The notes below the pieces were generated by a model, which made no database searches, was not told the DNA's origin, and saw only the letters and a program-made list of their open reading frames with translations. From assembly GCA_010015585.1 (NCBI GenBank), contig ML975152.1: a stretch of DNA of 64,000 bases; one strand, 5' to 3'. The translations under genes were made by a program, and so were the position numbers. This stretch comes from Eremomyces bilateralis CBS 781.70 (taxonomy: Eukaryota). Of this stretch, positions 49,628-63,148 are shown piece by piece; positions within the stretch are counted from its first letter, which is position 1, and every line of letters starts with the position of its first letter.

Positions 49628-52124
49628 TCATCGTTCATATCGGGGCAACCCTTCCGAGCCTTCTATCTGCTCCAATGTCGGAGCCGACGGCTGTCCGCTG
49701 GTCTCCACCCTCTCTTCATCGCCGGGTGGTCGCGCACTATTTTCATCCTCCTCCGGCGCGGTCGGCGGTGCAGACGTTTCCATCTCCATTTGCCGCCGTT
49801 GCAACTCGTACTTGTCGTCCGTATGCGGCTCGGAGGCGCCCGGTCGCATGTGGGACTCGTAACTAGGCACGGCGTCGGTGGGTAGCGCAGACAGTCCTGC
49901 TGCTTGTGGAGGAAAGGCAAAGGGGTGGGGTATTTGTGCGGGATTATGGTGGAGAGCTTCCAGGCTGGGTGCGCTGGGAGCATGGCGGGTCGCATGGGAC
50001 GAAGACTCTGGGTCCGTTTCGTCGGCGGGAGGTGCGGATGGGAGGAGGCGTGCTTCGGCGAGGCGAATGCGGTCCTTTTCGCTTAGGTTTTGCTCGTCCG
50101 GCAGATTCGGGATGGAGTATAACGGCGATGGTGTCGGCGGAAGTGGTGATGACTCTGAAGGGTGAGGGAAGGGTGACAGACGTGAATATGGCGTTGGAGT
50201 GCCCGGATTTGGGCTGCCATGTAGCTGCGACGGGGGAGGGAAATGGCCGTTGTTGGGGTGGATTGTGCCTTGACTGTCATCATGGCCCTCCGATGCATAG
50301 TCGAAGCCGAAGTCGTATGAATGGGTACCAGCTTCGGTGGGACGAGCTGCCTCTTCTCCCGGCCGGCTGCTCTGCGGGTGACCGGCCACCTCGGTGGCGG
50401 TAGCTTCGGTGCTTTGAACCGAATCGGTTTTGCTCTTCCCATAGAACCGCTCGGTATCTACGGTACCGATTACAACTTCGAAGTTGCACGAGACGACGTT
50501 TTTGTTACGCCGAATCTGAGAGGTGTCGATGAAGTGTCCCGGCCAGGCTGCAAGGGTGCTGCTGTGAACGCCCTCCCCCGTTTGCATGCCGGACCCAGCC
50601 GTGACGGAGTAAGGCAAGCTCATCATGCCTGCATTGGGAAGCACTCGCTCTAGGCCGGTGAGTTTTCCGTGCAGATCAAGCACCACTTCCACAAAATATT
50701 TAAAACTGATCATCGAGCCTGGAACGTTGGAGATCGACGGGAAAGCCCCCTCCGGAACGCGAACCGTAACCTTGATATCATGGTGGAGGGTATCTGGGCT
50801 GATGATCAGCGGCGCGAAAGACTGGGAGACGTCTTTCCGGAACAAATGACTGGACCCTGCCGAGGACAATGACAGGCCACCGAGGCCGGTCCGAGACTTC
50901 GGATAGTACTCGTCCGTTTTTGAGCCTCTTTTGGCTTCCTGTACCAGTGGAAGATTCGGGTTCATGTCGACCCGCGCCTGTCGATACAGGGTGACGATGA
51001 TGCCGTTCAGACTTTTCACGACCTTGGTATGCTTGATACTGAGATTCAGGGTTATGTTATCGCCTCGAAGATATCCAGACTTTTGGAGTTCGATGGTTGC
51101 TGTGATCGGCTTTTTCTCGAGGTTACGAGAGCGGTGTCGGACGTGTTTGACGGCTTTCGACCCTGCTTTGCTCCCATCGATTTTGTCGGAACCATCGCCA
51201 GATCCATTGCCAGAGCTCGTGGCACAGCTTCCTTCACAAGTGCCAAAGCTGGTGGCACTGGGCGAGGGGCTCTGTGGAACTTCGCTTTCGCGGATGCTAG
51301 TTACTTCCGACGTTGTACTGTGGACCGCGTCGCCAAGTAAGGATTCGGGAGGTATGTTGTCTTCACTTCCCCCTCGCTTCTTGGAGTCGGCCACGTTCTT
51401 GTTTTTGGGTACGGACCGGGCCTTCCCCTTTCGGGGTATCGGTTCCAATGAGATGACTCGTGGTTTGGGCTGATATAAGGGGGCGACATCCATGGTCTCG
51501 TTGAAATTGATTCGGTGATCGCATGTTTGTATTGGGGATATTGTCGTGGGTCTCGTTAGAATTGACGTAATCATGTATGAAATCGTTCCTCGCTCAAACT
51601 ACGCAAGCATCATTAGCAGGGCGATTATGGACGGAGGATCCAGAGATAAATACCTCGATACTACTTGGGAGCGCGCCAATGGGAAATCGCAGTTCGAAAT
51701 TAAACCGATATATGCCCTCATCCAACCGCCCATCACCACAGAGTACCTTCTCTTGCTCGAACAGAGAGACGAACCCATTGCCAAAGTAGCCGCCGGATTT
51801 ATTAGTCCGCCCTTGACTTAACGATTGCCCGTATGATTTGTAAATGTCCCCCGGAGAGTTCGGGTTCTTGTAGACCTGCGCGTACCCATGGAGGCAAACG
51901 ACGATATGGGTGATCCGAATCGGTCGGATGACTTTGAGCACCACGGATCCCGTCACGGCATCGCCGCTCGAGTAACTCCGATGTGGATCGTCCGGTTGTA
52001 CGTAGAACTCGACGAGAGGGCGGATCTTCGAGGAGAAGGGGGACTTCAACAGGGACAGGATTGACGCTTTGCTCGCGGGCGATGGCTTCGGCGACGGCGA
52101 TCGTCCGGATGAAGATGCGGGCAT
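49628..52124 (-). CDS. palF: pH-response arrestin PalF/Rim8
   Basis: VRPIRITH-like IRPIRITHIVVCLHG, GNGFVSLFE, LPSSIE|FERGTISYM across intron 51653-51599, YPKSRTGLGGLSLS, SFKYFVEV; C-terminal PSAP/SAP repeats and LPRYER. Confidence 0.93.
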
Positions 52125-52621
52125 CCCTCTGCCTTGCCCTCGCTCACATCCTGCGGTCTCCCGCCGTGATCCTGTTATCGAGGTTACACTTGATCCAGTT
52201 GTTGCGGTATCTCTCTACCGAGTGTTCCCAACCCCAAACTCCAGCGCTCTAGTTTCGGTCGAGGACGAGATATTTGCCGGCCCAATGGAATGGCTAGGGT
52301 ATATTATTCACGGCGCGATGAAAGACCTAAAACCGGCTTTAGGAAAGGTCAGTAAATCGTGTTTTGCTCTGTTGTTTGGACATCGGAGGTCCAGTATGAG
52401 GGTCCGCGCCGTCGCAGACCGTGTCAAAATGGGGCTGTGCCCAATGCTCGTTGCGCAATCCATCCGATCGAGTCTACCAAGATCGAGGACGGATAGATGC
52501 CATGACGAGCCCCCATCAAGAATGAGGTCATGGACACGGGCGGGGATAGTGAAAGATAGAACGGAAAATTCGTCAGACGTACATGAAGCGTCGCTAGGTA
52601 CCGCCAGAGATGCGTTACGAG

Positions 52622-53838
52622 GCCAAGGTCAACATGTCGAGTCTCATCCACTCGTCGAAACGGGCTTGGCGATTCGCGCCAAGGGAGGCACGCAACCGAA
52701 GCGGAACTGGAGTGACACGAAGGATGGGACAGATGGTGATTTGGGGAACTCGAGAGAATAGACGCGATCGACTTGGCGCTCGATAGGAGCGCTCGGCGTG
52801 GGATAGCTGGAAGGAGGATGCCTGGTAAGGTATGGTATGGGAGTATAAGTAGGTAAGAACGAGAGGTATTCGAAGTCAGGAAGACCGTTGAAGGTTACGT
52901 GGTAATCAAGTCCGTTTTTACCGTAGGTACGAACCGGTAAGTATCAGACCAGACGTAACAATACTCTATGGACAGGATCTGAGCCTCTGAGGTAAATGGA
53001 TGAAGAACCGGACTGGGGCCAAGAATGAGGGCAGCGCGATGCGGGAATGATGCGAATTGCGAACACAGTGAGCACCACCACTTTGATTCTAACTAATAGA
53101 CTACCGTAAGCAATAAGAATGCAGCTAAGAACTATTAAGGATCGACCCATCTACCACCATCACAATCCTGATAGGCGGTAGTCCATCCACATTCTACAGG
53201 GTCCCGACCATGGCCGAAAGATTGAGTGTCTAGCCCGTAAGGTTCCATGCAGATGCGCAATCTGGCGCCATTCCACGGCCCAAACCCTACCCCGACATCC
53301 AGAAGACCAGAATCACCAACTGGCATTACCAGGATCGGAATGGCGAGGGTCGGAATGTCAAGCCAGAATGGAAAATGGCACTTTTTAGCGGGATCGGATT
53401 GGTGGTCTCTCCCTCCGCCTCTCGGTGTCCCGCAGAAACAAGAACAGACATAAACGAACCATTTCATGTTGGGTGGCACCACTGCCGCTCCCGTGCTACG
53501 GTGGCAGCGATTTTTGAGAGAAGCGGTGTACATTACCTCGCTCTGGGATTGAAGCGAATGGATCAATGGAATCGCAGTGGACGTGGAGACCTGAGCGGGA
53601 ATTGGGATGGTCTCATTTCTGATTTCTCAATCTCAAGTCATCAAGGCCTCAACTCACTCAACGATGCATGTGAAGGGACAAGGGACAGGGGACAAGCGGC
53701 AGATCCAGTTGGGAGGAAATGGTCCACGATCCTACGAATTGGATTCGGGGTCTAGGTCCTCCTTCAGCTGGGATGGGTTGAGATATTAATATGACGGGAA
53801 TCAGGATGGTCGAGACTCGACCCATGAATTCTGCCAAG
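52622..53838. promoter_or_regulatory. Six PacC/Rim101 consensus sites upstream of palF
   Basis: GCCAAG at 52622, 52678, 53018, 53833; CTTGGC at 52665, 52772. Confidence 0.7.
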
Positions 53839-54473
53839 GCGAAACAGTGCCGGTTCAAGCATTGCTTGGGAAATGCTTGACTTGACTGTGCTCTTGGTCC
53901 CAGTCTCCTCGACTCCCAACACGGCTAACAGAGACTCCAAACTCCAATTCCACACTCCAACTCCAAAGAGTCCAAACGCTTCCACTCCAATGACCCAAAG
54001 TTGCCCGATTCTCCCGAATCCCTCGCTTCCAAGCGGCACTTCCCTTCTGACAGGTGACAATGTGCGGCATGACATGCAGGTGTGAGGTGATTACTGGCAG
54101 TATCTCGTCCGACGCCTGGGTTGAGACAATCCCACAGCGGTTCAGTTGGTGCCGCATCTAGAGGAAGAAATTGTCAAATTGATGATCCTGAAGCATACCC
54201 CCAGGACATCGAGAACTCAACCGTTCTGCTTTCGCCCCCTATTAACTTTCTTAAAGCCATAGAGTCCCCCTTTATATTCCTTAATTTAAGGAGACGATCC
54301 GTTTTTCCGTTTTAGCAGGCTGGAAGTGCACGTCGAAGGCGAAAGGAAATCAATTTCTTCGAAGCCGGATGCCATTAGCCATAATCATTACAATGCAGAT
54401 CCGTTTCAGACCACTGATGACAGACGGACGGGGGAACGCGCCATAGGCCCCTAGAATGGCTTAAACCGCTTAA

Positions 54474-57400
54474 TCAATCATGGTCTCCCGACTCCACATC
54501 CTCCATGTTTTCATCCCTCCGCTGCTCCGACGCATCACCTCGCAATTGCCTGTCCACTTCGCCTTGTAGCTCATCGCTGACCACCACCCCATCCCTCGAC
54601 CGCCGCGGATGCCCGAACAAGCAGTTCCACAAATCCCCCTGCTCGACCACCTCGCCCCCACCCTTGCCGCCCTGTAGCAGCTTGCTCAGCGGCGTCTGCT
54701 GCAACTCCAGACTGTTCGCCGCGTCGAGCGCCGACTCGAGCACCGACGGCGTGCTGGTGCCGGATCGCGACCGCGAGGCATCCGCGTCCGCCTTGGCTTG
54801 GCTGCGGCCCATGTGCTCCAGGCGTCGCGCCACGGAAATGTCGTAGATTGCTTCTTCCACCGTGTCGCTGATCAAGTACATGTACACTGTGGTGGCCCGC
54901 TGCTGGCCGATGCGGTGCACGCGGGCGATGGCTTGCAGCTCGATGGCCGCGTTGATGAGTGGCTCGCAGAAGAACACGTAGGTCGCGTTCACGAGGTTCA
55001 GGCCTGAGCTGTCGCTTTTGGCATCTAAGAGGAAACATTCGATGGAGGGGTCGGTCCGGAACTTTCGAATGCCATCATGGTCGCGGATATGCGAACAGCC
55101 GATCTTGTTGAGCTTCAGAGCCCCTTTGAGGACGGACAAGAAGTCGGTATATTGTGAGAAAACGATCGACTTAGCACCTGGATCGGTTTCACGGATGTGG
55201 AGGAGATGCCTCGATATCGCGTCGATCTTCGTCCCGTACGACCGCGCCGCCGGCAATTCGATGGACTTGATTTCATTCATCGTGTTTGCGCTCATGTCCG
55301 TGTAGATGGAGGTGGAATTGGACACAATCGAGGGCGACGCGGGTGACGCGGTCTTGCTTGGCGAGGACACCGCACTGCCCTCTTCCTGGGCACGGATTTC
55401 TTGAGGCCGATAAGTGATGTCATGAAAGTCGACCGCCGAATGCAGCCTACGTTTACAGATAGGGCAAGTCCTGTGACTTTTCCACCATTCACGGATACAG
55501 ACCTTACAATATTGATGGCCGCAGACCGTGAGGACGCCCGTCTCGAAAGGACACTGGCAGATGACGCAGATCTTGGCGCCCGCCTGATCGCTCGACTCCG
55601 TCCGGAGATGAAGCAAGAACCGCTGTTTTGTTTTGAGCACACCCAGTCGCGCACCGGACCGATTATTTCTCTCCACGGCCATATCCAAAGTCGCCTGGTC
55701 GAGCGTCTCGTCTAGCTCCTCCTTGTACGGAGCGACGGTGTCGGAGATTTGCTGGAGCTGTCGGTAGAAATCGAGACGTAGGTTCATGGAGTGACGGAAC
55801 AGCTCCAAGTCCTTTTCTGCGTCCGTCATGGCTTTGAGCTGCGCGGAAAGAATCTCTTGCACTCGCTTCTGCTGAGCTTCGATGATGCTGATCTCCGCCG
55901 CGGCTCGGTGGGATCCCCCGTCCCCCCTCCACTGTATGGAGGTGATGATCGATCGGATCTGCGAGATCACACCACGGACCGATTCGGTCGCGGCCACCTT
56001 CAATTCTCCACGAGCCTCCATGAGCTCCAAGAGGAGCTCGGGAGAATGGCCTTCCTCATTCTTGGCTCTCCGGATGGCATCTTTGTTCTCATGCTCGACC
56101 AGTTCGTTCTTGAGCCCGGTGAGTGTCGTCGTGCGATCCGCGACCATGGCTCGAAGCGCGGTCAAATAGCTGTACAGCTCATCTTGGGCTTTCGTGGAGT
56201 CTTCGTACTCGTCACCCGTGATCTCCTTGCTGTCGTCCTCATCCACCAAAGGCATGAGCAGAATGCTGATCACCTTTTTTCTCCATTCTTGCATGAGCTT
56301 CGCTTGGCCATCGAGGACATCCTTCAAGGAATCCATCTTTTCCAAGACTTTGCGATTCTCAATCCCACCGGCGTCTTGCAAAATCGGTATATCGGGCACG
56401 GTGACCTCTCGCAGAGCAACGACCTTACTCATGGCACGTTGAGCATTCTTCTCCGTGTCATGGAGCATCTCGCGGCGTATCCCCTTGGCTCGATCGTAAT
56501 ACTCCGTCTCTAACTTTTCCAGTTCATGGAACTCTTTCGAATCCGGCTTGGTCACGTCTTCGTTCGATTTGATCTGAAAGTATGACGTTGCGACGAAGAA
56601 CGCACAGACATGCTGCACTTCCAGAGCCATTCTCAACGCGTTCTTTGCTGCAGAGGCTTTGAACTGAGCTTCGGACGCATCCCGGGCATCTTCATCTTGC
56701 GAGTCTTGCTCATCCAGGCCCTCAGGAATGGCCGCGTTCGCCAGTTGTTCTTCATAGTCCGTCCGACATTCATCGACGTAATCATTCGCTTGTTGCAATG
56801 CCTGAAGGTATATGTCCCTGCCCCTTGAGCTTCGGTCAACGTCGTCTTTGGCAAAGGCAACAACGTGACCCTGTAGGATTTGAGAGGAGATGTTTTCCCG
56901 CTCTTCCACCCGCATATTCCCCCGGTTCTGCTCGATCATGGCTTCCAGTACCTCGGTGACGGTCCGCATCGGCGCGTTGCTGCTACGCCCGAGAGCCCTC
57001 CGGTTCCTTCCGCCAACTTCCGGGTGCAAACATGTTTGACGAAGACGCCGCAGCCACAGTCTCATAGCTTCAATGACGAAAGACGAATTTGGATCGTACC
57101 AGCGCCGTGCAGGAGCACCGTCCGCTGTTACGCCACAGGCTCTACACATCTCCTCCATGAGCTGAGAGTAGTGCTGGTCCTCGATGGCCGTGAAAGGCAT
57201 GGTGATCACCACTCGTCGCTGGGGAGGAAGACGAAGTTCATGGCGGATCTTCTGTTTCGTATGTCGCAGCGCGATCGTGCTGAATATTTGACGGAATGTC
57301 TCCTTATCGATGCGTGCCCACATCTCCTTGGAGCTGCAAAATGGCTCGTATCGAAGGAAGAGCAACAGACCAAGCAGATCCTGGACGTCTTTCCGAAAGG

Positions 57401-59074
57401 GCGTGCCGGTGACTGCCCATGCATTGCATCGTGGGATCAAACGAGCAACTTCCGCTGCCTGACTAACACCGCTCTCGATCATCTGTGCTTCATCGAGACA
57501 CACACGCCACCAGGACATCTCCACTAGTGGACTTTTTCGAGGCTCGTGTTTCTTACGGTGTCGAAGTGAGCGTTCTGGAGCCGCCTTCGCGTAATGGATT
57601 TCTCGGGCCAGGACGTTGTATGTAGTTAACACAACATCGAATTGCCGCAGATGTGCCACTGTCGCTTCGTTTTGCTCCCGCGGGGGTCTGCTTCTTGGAG
57701 GTAGACCTTTGTAATGAAAAACGGCAAGATTCGGTGAGTGGTTTGCCAACTCGCTCTTCCACTGCTCCAAAATCGAGGGGGGGGTGATGATTAAAGTTCC
57801 GCCGGTTGGCGTAACAATGGATGCAGTACATTCATCGAACACCGTGTCGGATTCGGCTGGTCGTTGATTCAAGTTCATTAAGGCGATGAGCTCCACCGTT
57901 TTCCCAAGACCCATCTCTTCGGATAAGATGCCTCCACGGAAATCGAGTGAGGAATTCGAAATGGCGCCCGGGTTACGAACTACTCTGCCTTGGACTCGAC
58001 TGTAATATATTTCATTTCCCTCCGAAACCGTTTTGGACTGATACGACGGGTATTTCGATACCACTCCAAGACTATCTCGAATGTGTGTTGTCTCGTCTTG
58101 TATATCCGCATCAGGGCTCCTGGTAGATGGGTATATTACGCCTTCTCTCGCAAGTAACCACTTGACCGCTCGTTCCTGAAAAGGATACAAGGTGATGTTG
58201 AGCCTTAAGTTTCGGATTTCCTCCGGTATCTTCTCTGATGTTGCTGGAGCGTGAACACATTCGTAGTAGTCGCGTGGAGCCCAGTGGGGTGACACTTCGG
58301 TTAGTCTCGGGAATAGCCTTTCAAATAAGGGTAGGTAGGTCTTCGACTTTGCAGTCGGTAGATGTAGGACGCTCGGCCCATCCTTGCAGTATATTTCAAT
58401 ATCTATCGAATAAACCTCCGAGGCATCGTCGGGTGTAGAGAGGTGCACCCTTGTGGTCATGAATGGGGTATCGCGGGGTCTTTTGCTCCTGGTGGCCGCT
58501 TCTTGGCCATGAGGGATGGCTCGCGCAATGTCAATAATCCGCATGGCATGAGCGTAGTTCTCATGCGTGGAGGTTTCAAGGAGGAGTTCGAGAGATACAT
58601 CTCCAACAGGATTCGACAAGAACAAGATATCGGAGCCAGCCCATTTGGCTTTGTTGAGGAATTTCGGCGCAGCGGAGGACAGAGCTACCTGCTCTCGGCG
58701 AGGTCGAGCAGAGGGACTTGTAAGATTTTCGGGTACGGAGGATGTTCCGTGCTGCGAATGACCAGAGGTTAGTATGATGGAACCAGCTAAGTCGTTTCCC
58801 CGAGTCTGCTTACGAGGACGAGCGACGCTCTCTCAGCCAGGATGTATCCGTCGAGTCCATCCTGCGATGGTGGGGGAAGCGCATCAGCTGCGCGAGTCGA
58901 CAACTTCCTCTTTTTCGTAGCCGGGGCGGCGTCGTCGTCGAAGCCATTGGTCGAGGGATGGCGACATGCCGACAAAAAATAAGAAACGGCGCCCTTTCCT
59001 GTCGTAGCACCGTCGCTGTGGATGGAGTGACCGAGGGCGTTGATAAGGCGGGTGGTGCTGGAAGTGGCGGTCAT
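54474..59074 (-). CDS. SNF2-family helicase with embedded RING finger (Irc20/SHPRH-like)
   Basis: LYPFQ, GGILSEEMGLGKT, WWRVCLDEAQM, TGTP, RING CVICQ...CGHQYC..C...CPIC, IVFSQY, QAIARVHRIGQ; intron 58813-58752 joins exon 1 in frame. Confidence 0.88.
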
Positions 59075-59329
59075 GGCGCACAGCGTGTGAGATGAAGAGG
59101 GAAAAGAAATCTAGAATTTAGGCCATAAGCCATACACGGATGATCCAAGTGAGAAATGAAGGACGTAAAGGCCGCCAGGTGCCTTAGGACGGCGAGGTTG
59201 ATGTGAGAGTGAGATTCAGACGGAGTTAGGAAGTACAATGATGGACTTTTGATGGGCGTTCTGGCGCAAACCCGGGGGTAACAGCGGCGAAACTCCGACC
59301 TAATATGTGGAGTTTCAGGGTCAGGCAAC

Positions 59330-59372
59330 CAGGCAGGAATCAAGCAGGAATTAGGCAGGAACTAGGCAGAAC
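59330..59372. repeat. Degenerate 11-bp tandem repeat, 4 copies
   Basis: caggcaggaat, caagcaggaat, taggcaggaac, taggcagaac. Confidence 0.75.
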
Positions 59373-60354
59373 TGTCTGGTCTGGCCTAGTCCAGTCTCCG
59401 GCCCCACTGAGTAGTGAGTACTGGCAATCTGCAGTGATGACTTGAAGCTGAGGTGGTAATCACGACGGGAGCGTACCATGTAGCGAGTTATTTAAGTGGT
59501 GATAAGTATTCCGTAGGGTAAATCGATTCCTTCTCAGCTTTCTGATTGGTTCCTGAACCTCAAGCACGTGACCCATGACACCGGCACCGCCACGTGCACC
59601 GCCACGACAGCAGCAATACACCCTGCCACATGCACCACCAGGCAGGGCACTACCGGCATGGTGCTAGCTCTGCGAGTGATGATTTGGGGCAGATAAGCCG
59701 CCTTTATGTATCACAGGCCTATTTTACAGACAGTACAGTAATAGTACCGTGGAATCTCAGTTAAACCGGGTGATTATACTTTTTATTTGGGAGGCTTGAT
59801 TGGGCGGATTGAAGGGCAAGACTAGGGTTGAAAGCGAGATAGCTAACTGAACATGAATCGACTTCTTGCGATCCAAAAAGGTGGAATCATCTCGTGTGAG
59901 TGAGATTCCACACTACTTCTGGGGCGGAAGAAATTGACTGCCCTTCGCCTTCGACGTGCACCTCCAGCCTACTAAAAACAAAGAAGGCGAAAGCAGGTTG
60001 GCATCAGATACGAATGCACACAATCCACATATCAATAGCTGCACGGGATATTGGCGGAATATCTATTCCTGCTATGAGATGATTTGGATACAATAGAGAC
60101 ATGCATCTGTCTGAACTTTGAATTCCAAAATTAAATAAAATGCCCTTAACTTTTCATTTGTAGCGCACACAAACTCGTCAAGTTCCTGCCTAGCGTTTCA
60201 AATCCCAAGTGGGCTTCGACTCGACCTTTTCAATCTCTTCCTATTCACAGGCCTCTATCATTCTGCAATCGTGCCGTACTATGTATAATAGTAAAACCAT
60301 ACAGAATACCAATTCCTGCCACCGTGATCTTCACTCTGGAGACGCACCCTTGAA

Positions 60355-62074
60355 TCAAGTCGTCTTGGACTTGTTCTTAGATTGCTTCAACGCTTCCTTC
60401 AGTGCGAACTGCGTCGAGATCCCCTCAACACGATGCGTAGAGTTAATGTTCTTGACCAAGGTGATCTGATAGCAAGTTGCGGAACCTTGACGAGAGATGA
60501 TGGTCGAGTACGCAAGGAAGTATTGCCAAATCTAGGCGATGAGTTAGCGTTGACGACATTCATGGAGCAGCAAGGGTCCATACCTTGAACCATCGAATTC
60601 CGTATTTGGCAACGACCTTGTCCTTGTTGGCCATCCAGTTCCTGTACCACCTCCACAAGGTGGCGCTGTAGTGGACACCGACCGTATCGATCGACTTGAT
60701 CTCGAAGCCTGCACCCTCCAGCTTATCGACGACGAAGCCAAGCGGAGTCGACGCGTCCGCGCCGGGGAAGATGTACTTGTTCATGAACAAGCCCCAGATC
60801 AGGTCCTCGTATTGCCAGCTTTTCCGGAGGCCGGCGATTTGCAGGAAGAACACGCCGTCGTCGTCGAGCATGCTGTTCACTTGGCTGAAGAACGACCCGA
60901 GCTTTCGCACACCCACGTGCTCCGCCATCTCAAGACAGGTGATCTTCTTGAAGCCGCCAGTGGGAACGGGAATGTCGCGGTAGTCCATGCAGAGGATGTT
61001 GCTCTGGCTGTCTTCGATGCCTGCCTTTCGGAGACCCGAATTCCCCCATGCGGTTTGATTGCGGCCCAAAGTAACACCAGTGACATTTGCACCATAGTAG
61101 ACTGATGCGTACTTCGCGAGGGTGCCCCATCCGCACCCGATGTCCAGCATGCGCTCACCCTCCTTGAGGTCAATTTTTTCGCAGACGATGCCCAATTTGT
61201 TGTCCTGGAGCTGCTCGAGGGTCTCTTCCTTGGTGATGTCGGAAATGATTCCAGAGGTATAGATCATACGCGGGCCGAGGAACCAGCCGTAAAAGTCGTC
61301 GCCACGGTCGTAATGGTCACGGACTTGCTCTTCGTCTGCGTGGCGTTAGCGACGCCGAACGCTTGGGAGTCATGGTTCATACCTTGAGAGCGAGAGTGCA
61401 GGATCACTTCGGGGATCATGCCAGTCAAGAAATACCAGTACAAGCCGAGAGTGAACCGGAAGCTGGACCAATCATGGCGGTACTCTAGAGCTTCCAAGGC
61501 GTCACCCTTGAAGTCCACCAAGCCATCGAAATACATCTCATGGAAGGTGTGCATTGGGATCTTGTTCCGTCCGCAGTACTTCTCTTTGTCCTCATCTCGA
61601 TGGAAGTCGAGATAAGTTTCAATTGGTTTTCCCGGGAGCCGTGCCTTCTCATTTAGGCGCGGGGAGTAGCTGGAAGCGACGCTCCAAAATGCTATCAAGA
61701 TCGGGAAGAACGTCAAAATGGAGAAGAAGATGGTGGTATAAAACCCGCCTCCGAGTTTCCGAGCCAAGTACCATGGGACGACGAGGAGAAGAGAGAAAAG
61801 GAGGAGATTGGAGAACGAGCGGGCTCCCGCGCCATCGGCAGGCAAAGGGGCGTTCTTGATGGCTGGGTACTGCGAAGTCGTCAGCGGATCAATTTGTCAA
61901 TAGCAATGGAATTGACGCTGATAGCATGCAATTGAGGGTTTTAAGGACACGAATTTCTTATACCGAAGTAGTGCGAACTCCATAATTGGGAGTGGCCGGA
62001 TCATGGCTGGGAGCTGGAGGAGTCTCGACGAACTCGAAGGAGTCCTCGGACACGGCCTTGCTGTGTTCAGACAT
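60355..62074 (-). CDS. Sphingolipid C9-methyltransferase (cyclopropane fatty acid synthase family), 4 exons
   Basis: PLPADGAG, two TM helices, LEYRHDW, HYDRGDDFY, MIYTSG, LDIGCGWG, CLEMAEHVG, YIFPGADAS; three GT-AG introns; ends KSKTT*. Confidence 0.92.
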
Positions 62075-63148
62075 TGTCGGCTGATCAACCTCCGGAGCAA
62101 TGGTGCTACAGAAGGGGGGGACGACCAGGAACGGAGGGCCTTGAGAGAGGTTTTATCGTGGAGATAAGTTGGGAGGGGAGAGGAACCAGGTATTTCACAG
62201 TTCACAGCGAGGGAAGTGAAACGAAGCTCCACGTGTAGATCAGGCAGCAAGATTATTTCATGGAACCAGGAGCTTACATGTGGAAAGGAGGGAGCTCGGC
62301 CAATGATAGGCCGGCATAGGTGTCGTATCACTCCTATTGTTCCCCTGCACACTTGCAGTGGCATGCACATCAGATTACACTACCCATGCCCCACTGACAG
62401 GATCCAGCTATTAATCAATTAATAGGAGCAGTTCATCTTTATCACAACCTCAGCCGTCAGAAGCACACCAGTGGCCGATACTATGTAATGTGATTATACC
62501 TCCGTATATCGGACGTTAATGCCATGCATCTCCCAACTCCTATTGAGCGTGAGGTTCGAGTATTGACAACGAAATCACGGAATACCCACATTGGAGATTG
62601 GAACCTGACTCGGGTTAAGAGCTGGACGGTTTTGCGTATCAGAGAGCGGACCATATGGCGAACCTATACACAATTTCAAGGTAGGTGGTGTGAAAGCGAT
62701 AGAATCGTATTTTGGGGTTTAATTCCGTTCAAAGCAGCTCTGAACTTCAAATTAATCTATTGGCAAATCTGCCTTCAAATCCTAACCTCGTACACTTGGT
62801 TCATAGGAATGTAGAACAAGAACCCTTGCTCTAAGCTGCCAAACTCAAGACATGACTTGAGAAACCATCTCGACCGTTGTTCGGACGTGTGCCACCATGT
62901 TCAAGCCCGTTTGAACTCCCTTCACTCGACCGAAGAGTGGAATGCTAATGAATCTATGAAACCCGAAAGTGGTGAGGGTTGGCCACAGCGCTGAGCTTTG
63001 GTATGAGTTGAGAGCTGGATCCTCCCGGATCAATTACTTCGCTGCAAAAAACAATCTAAGCATGCGAAAGCCGAACTCCGAAACAAACAATGCAGAGGAA
63101 ACAACAGGAGCTAAAATCCTGGGGGACGGGACAGCGGGTATTCTGCTC

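Noticed and set aside
52069..52761. 230-aa + strand ORF overlapping the palF start
   Set aside because: TTG start, no motifs, and it covers the palF leader and PacC-site cluster
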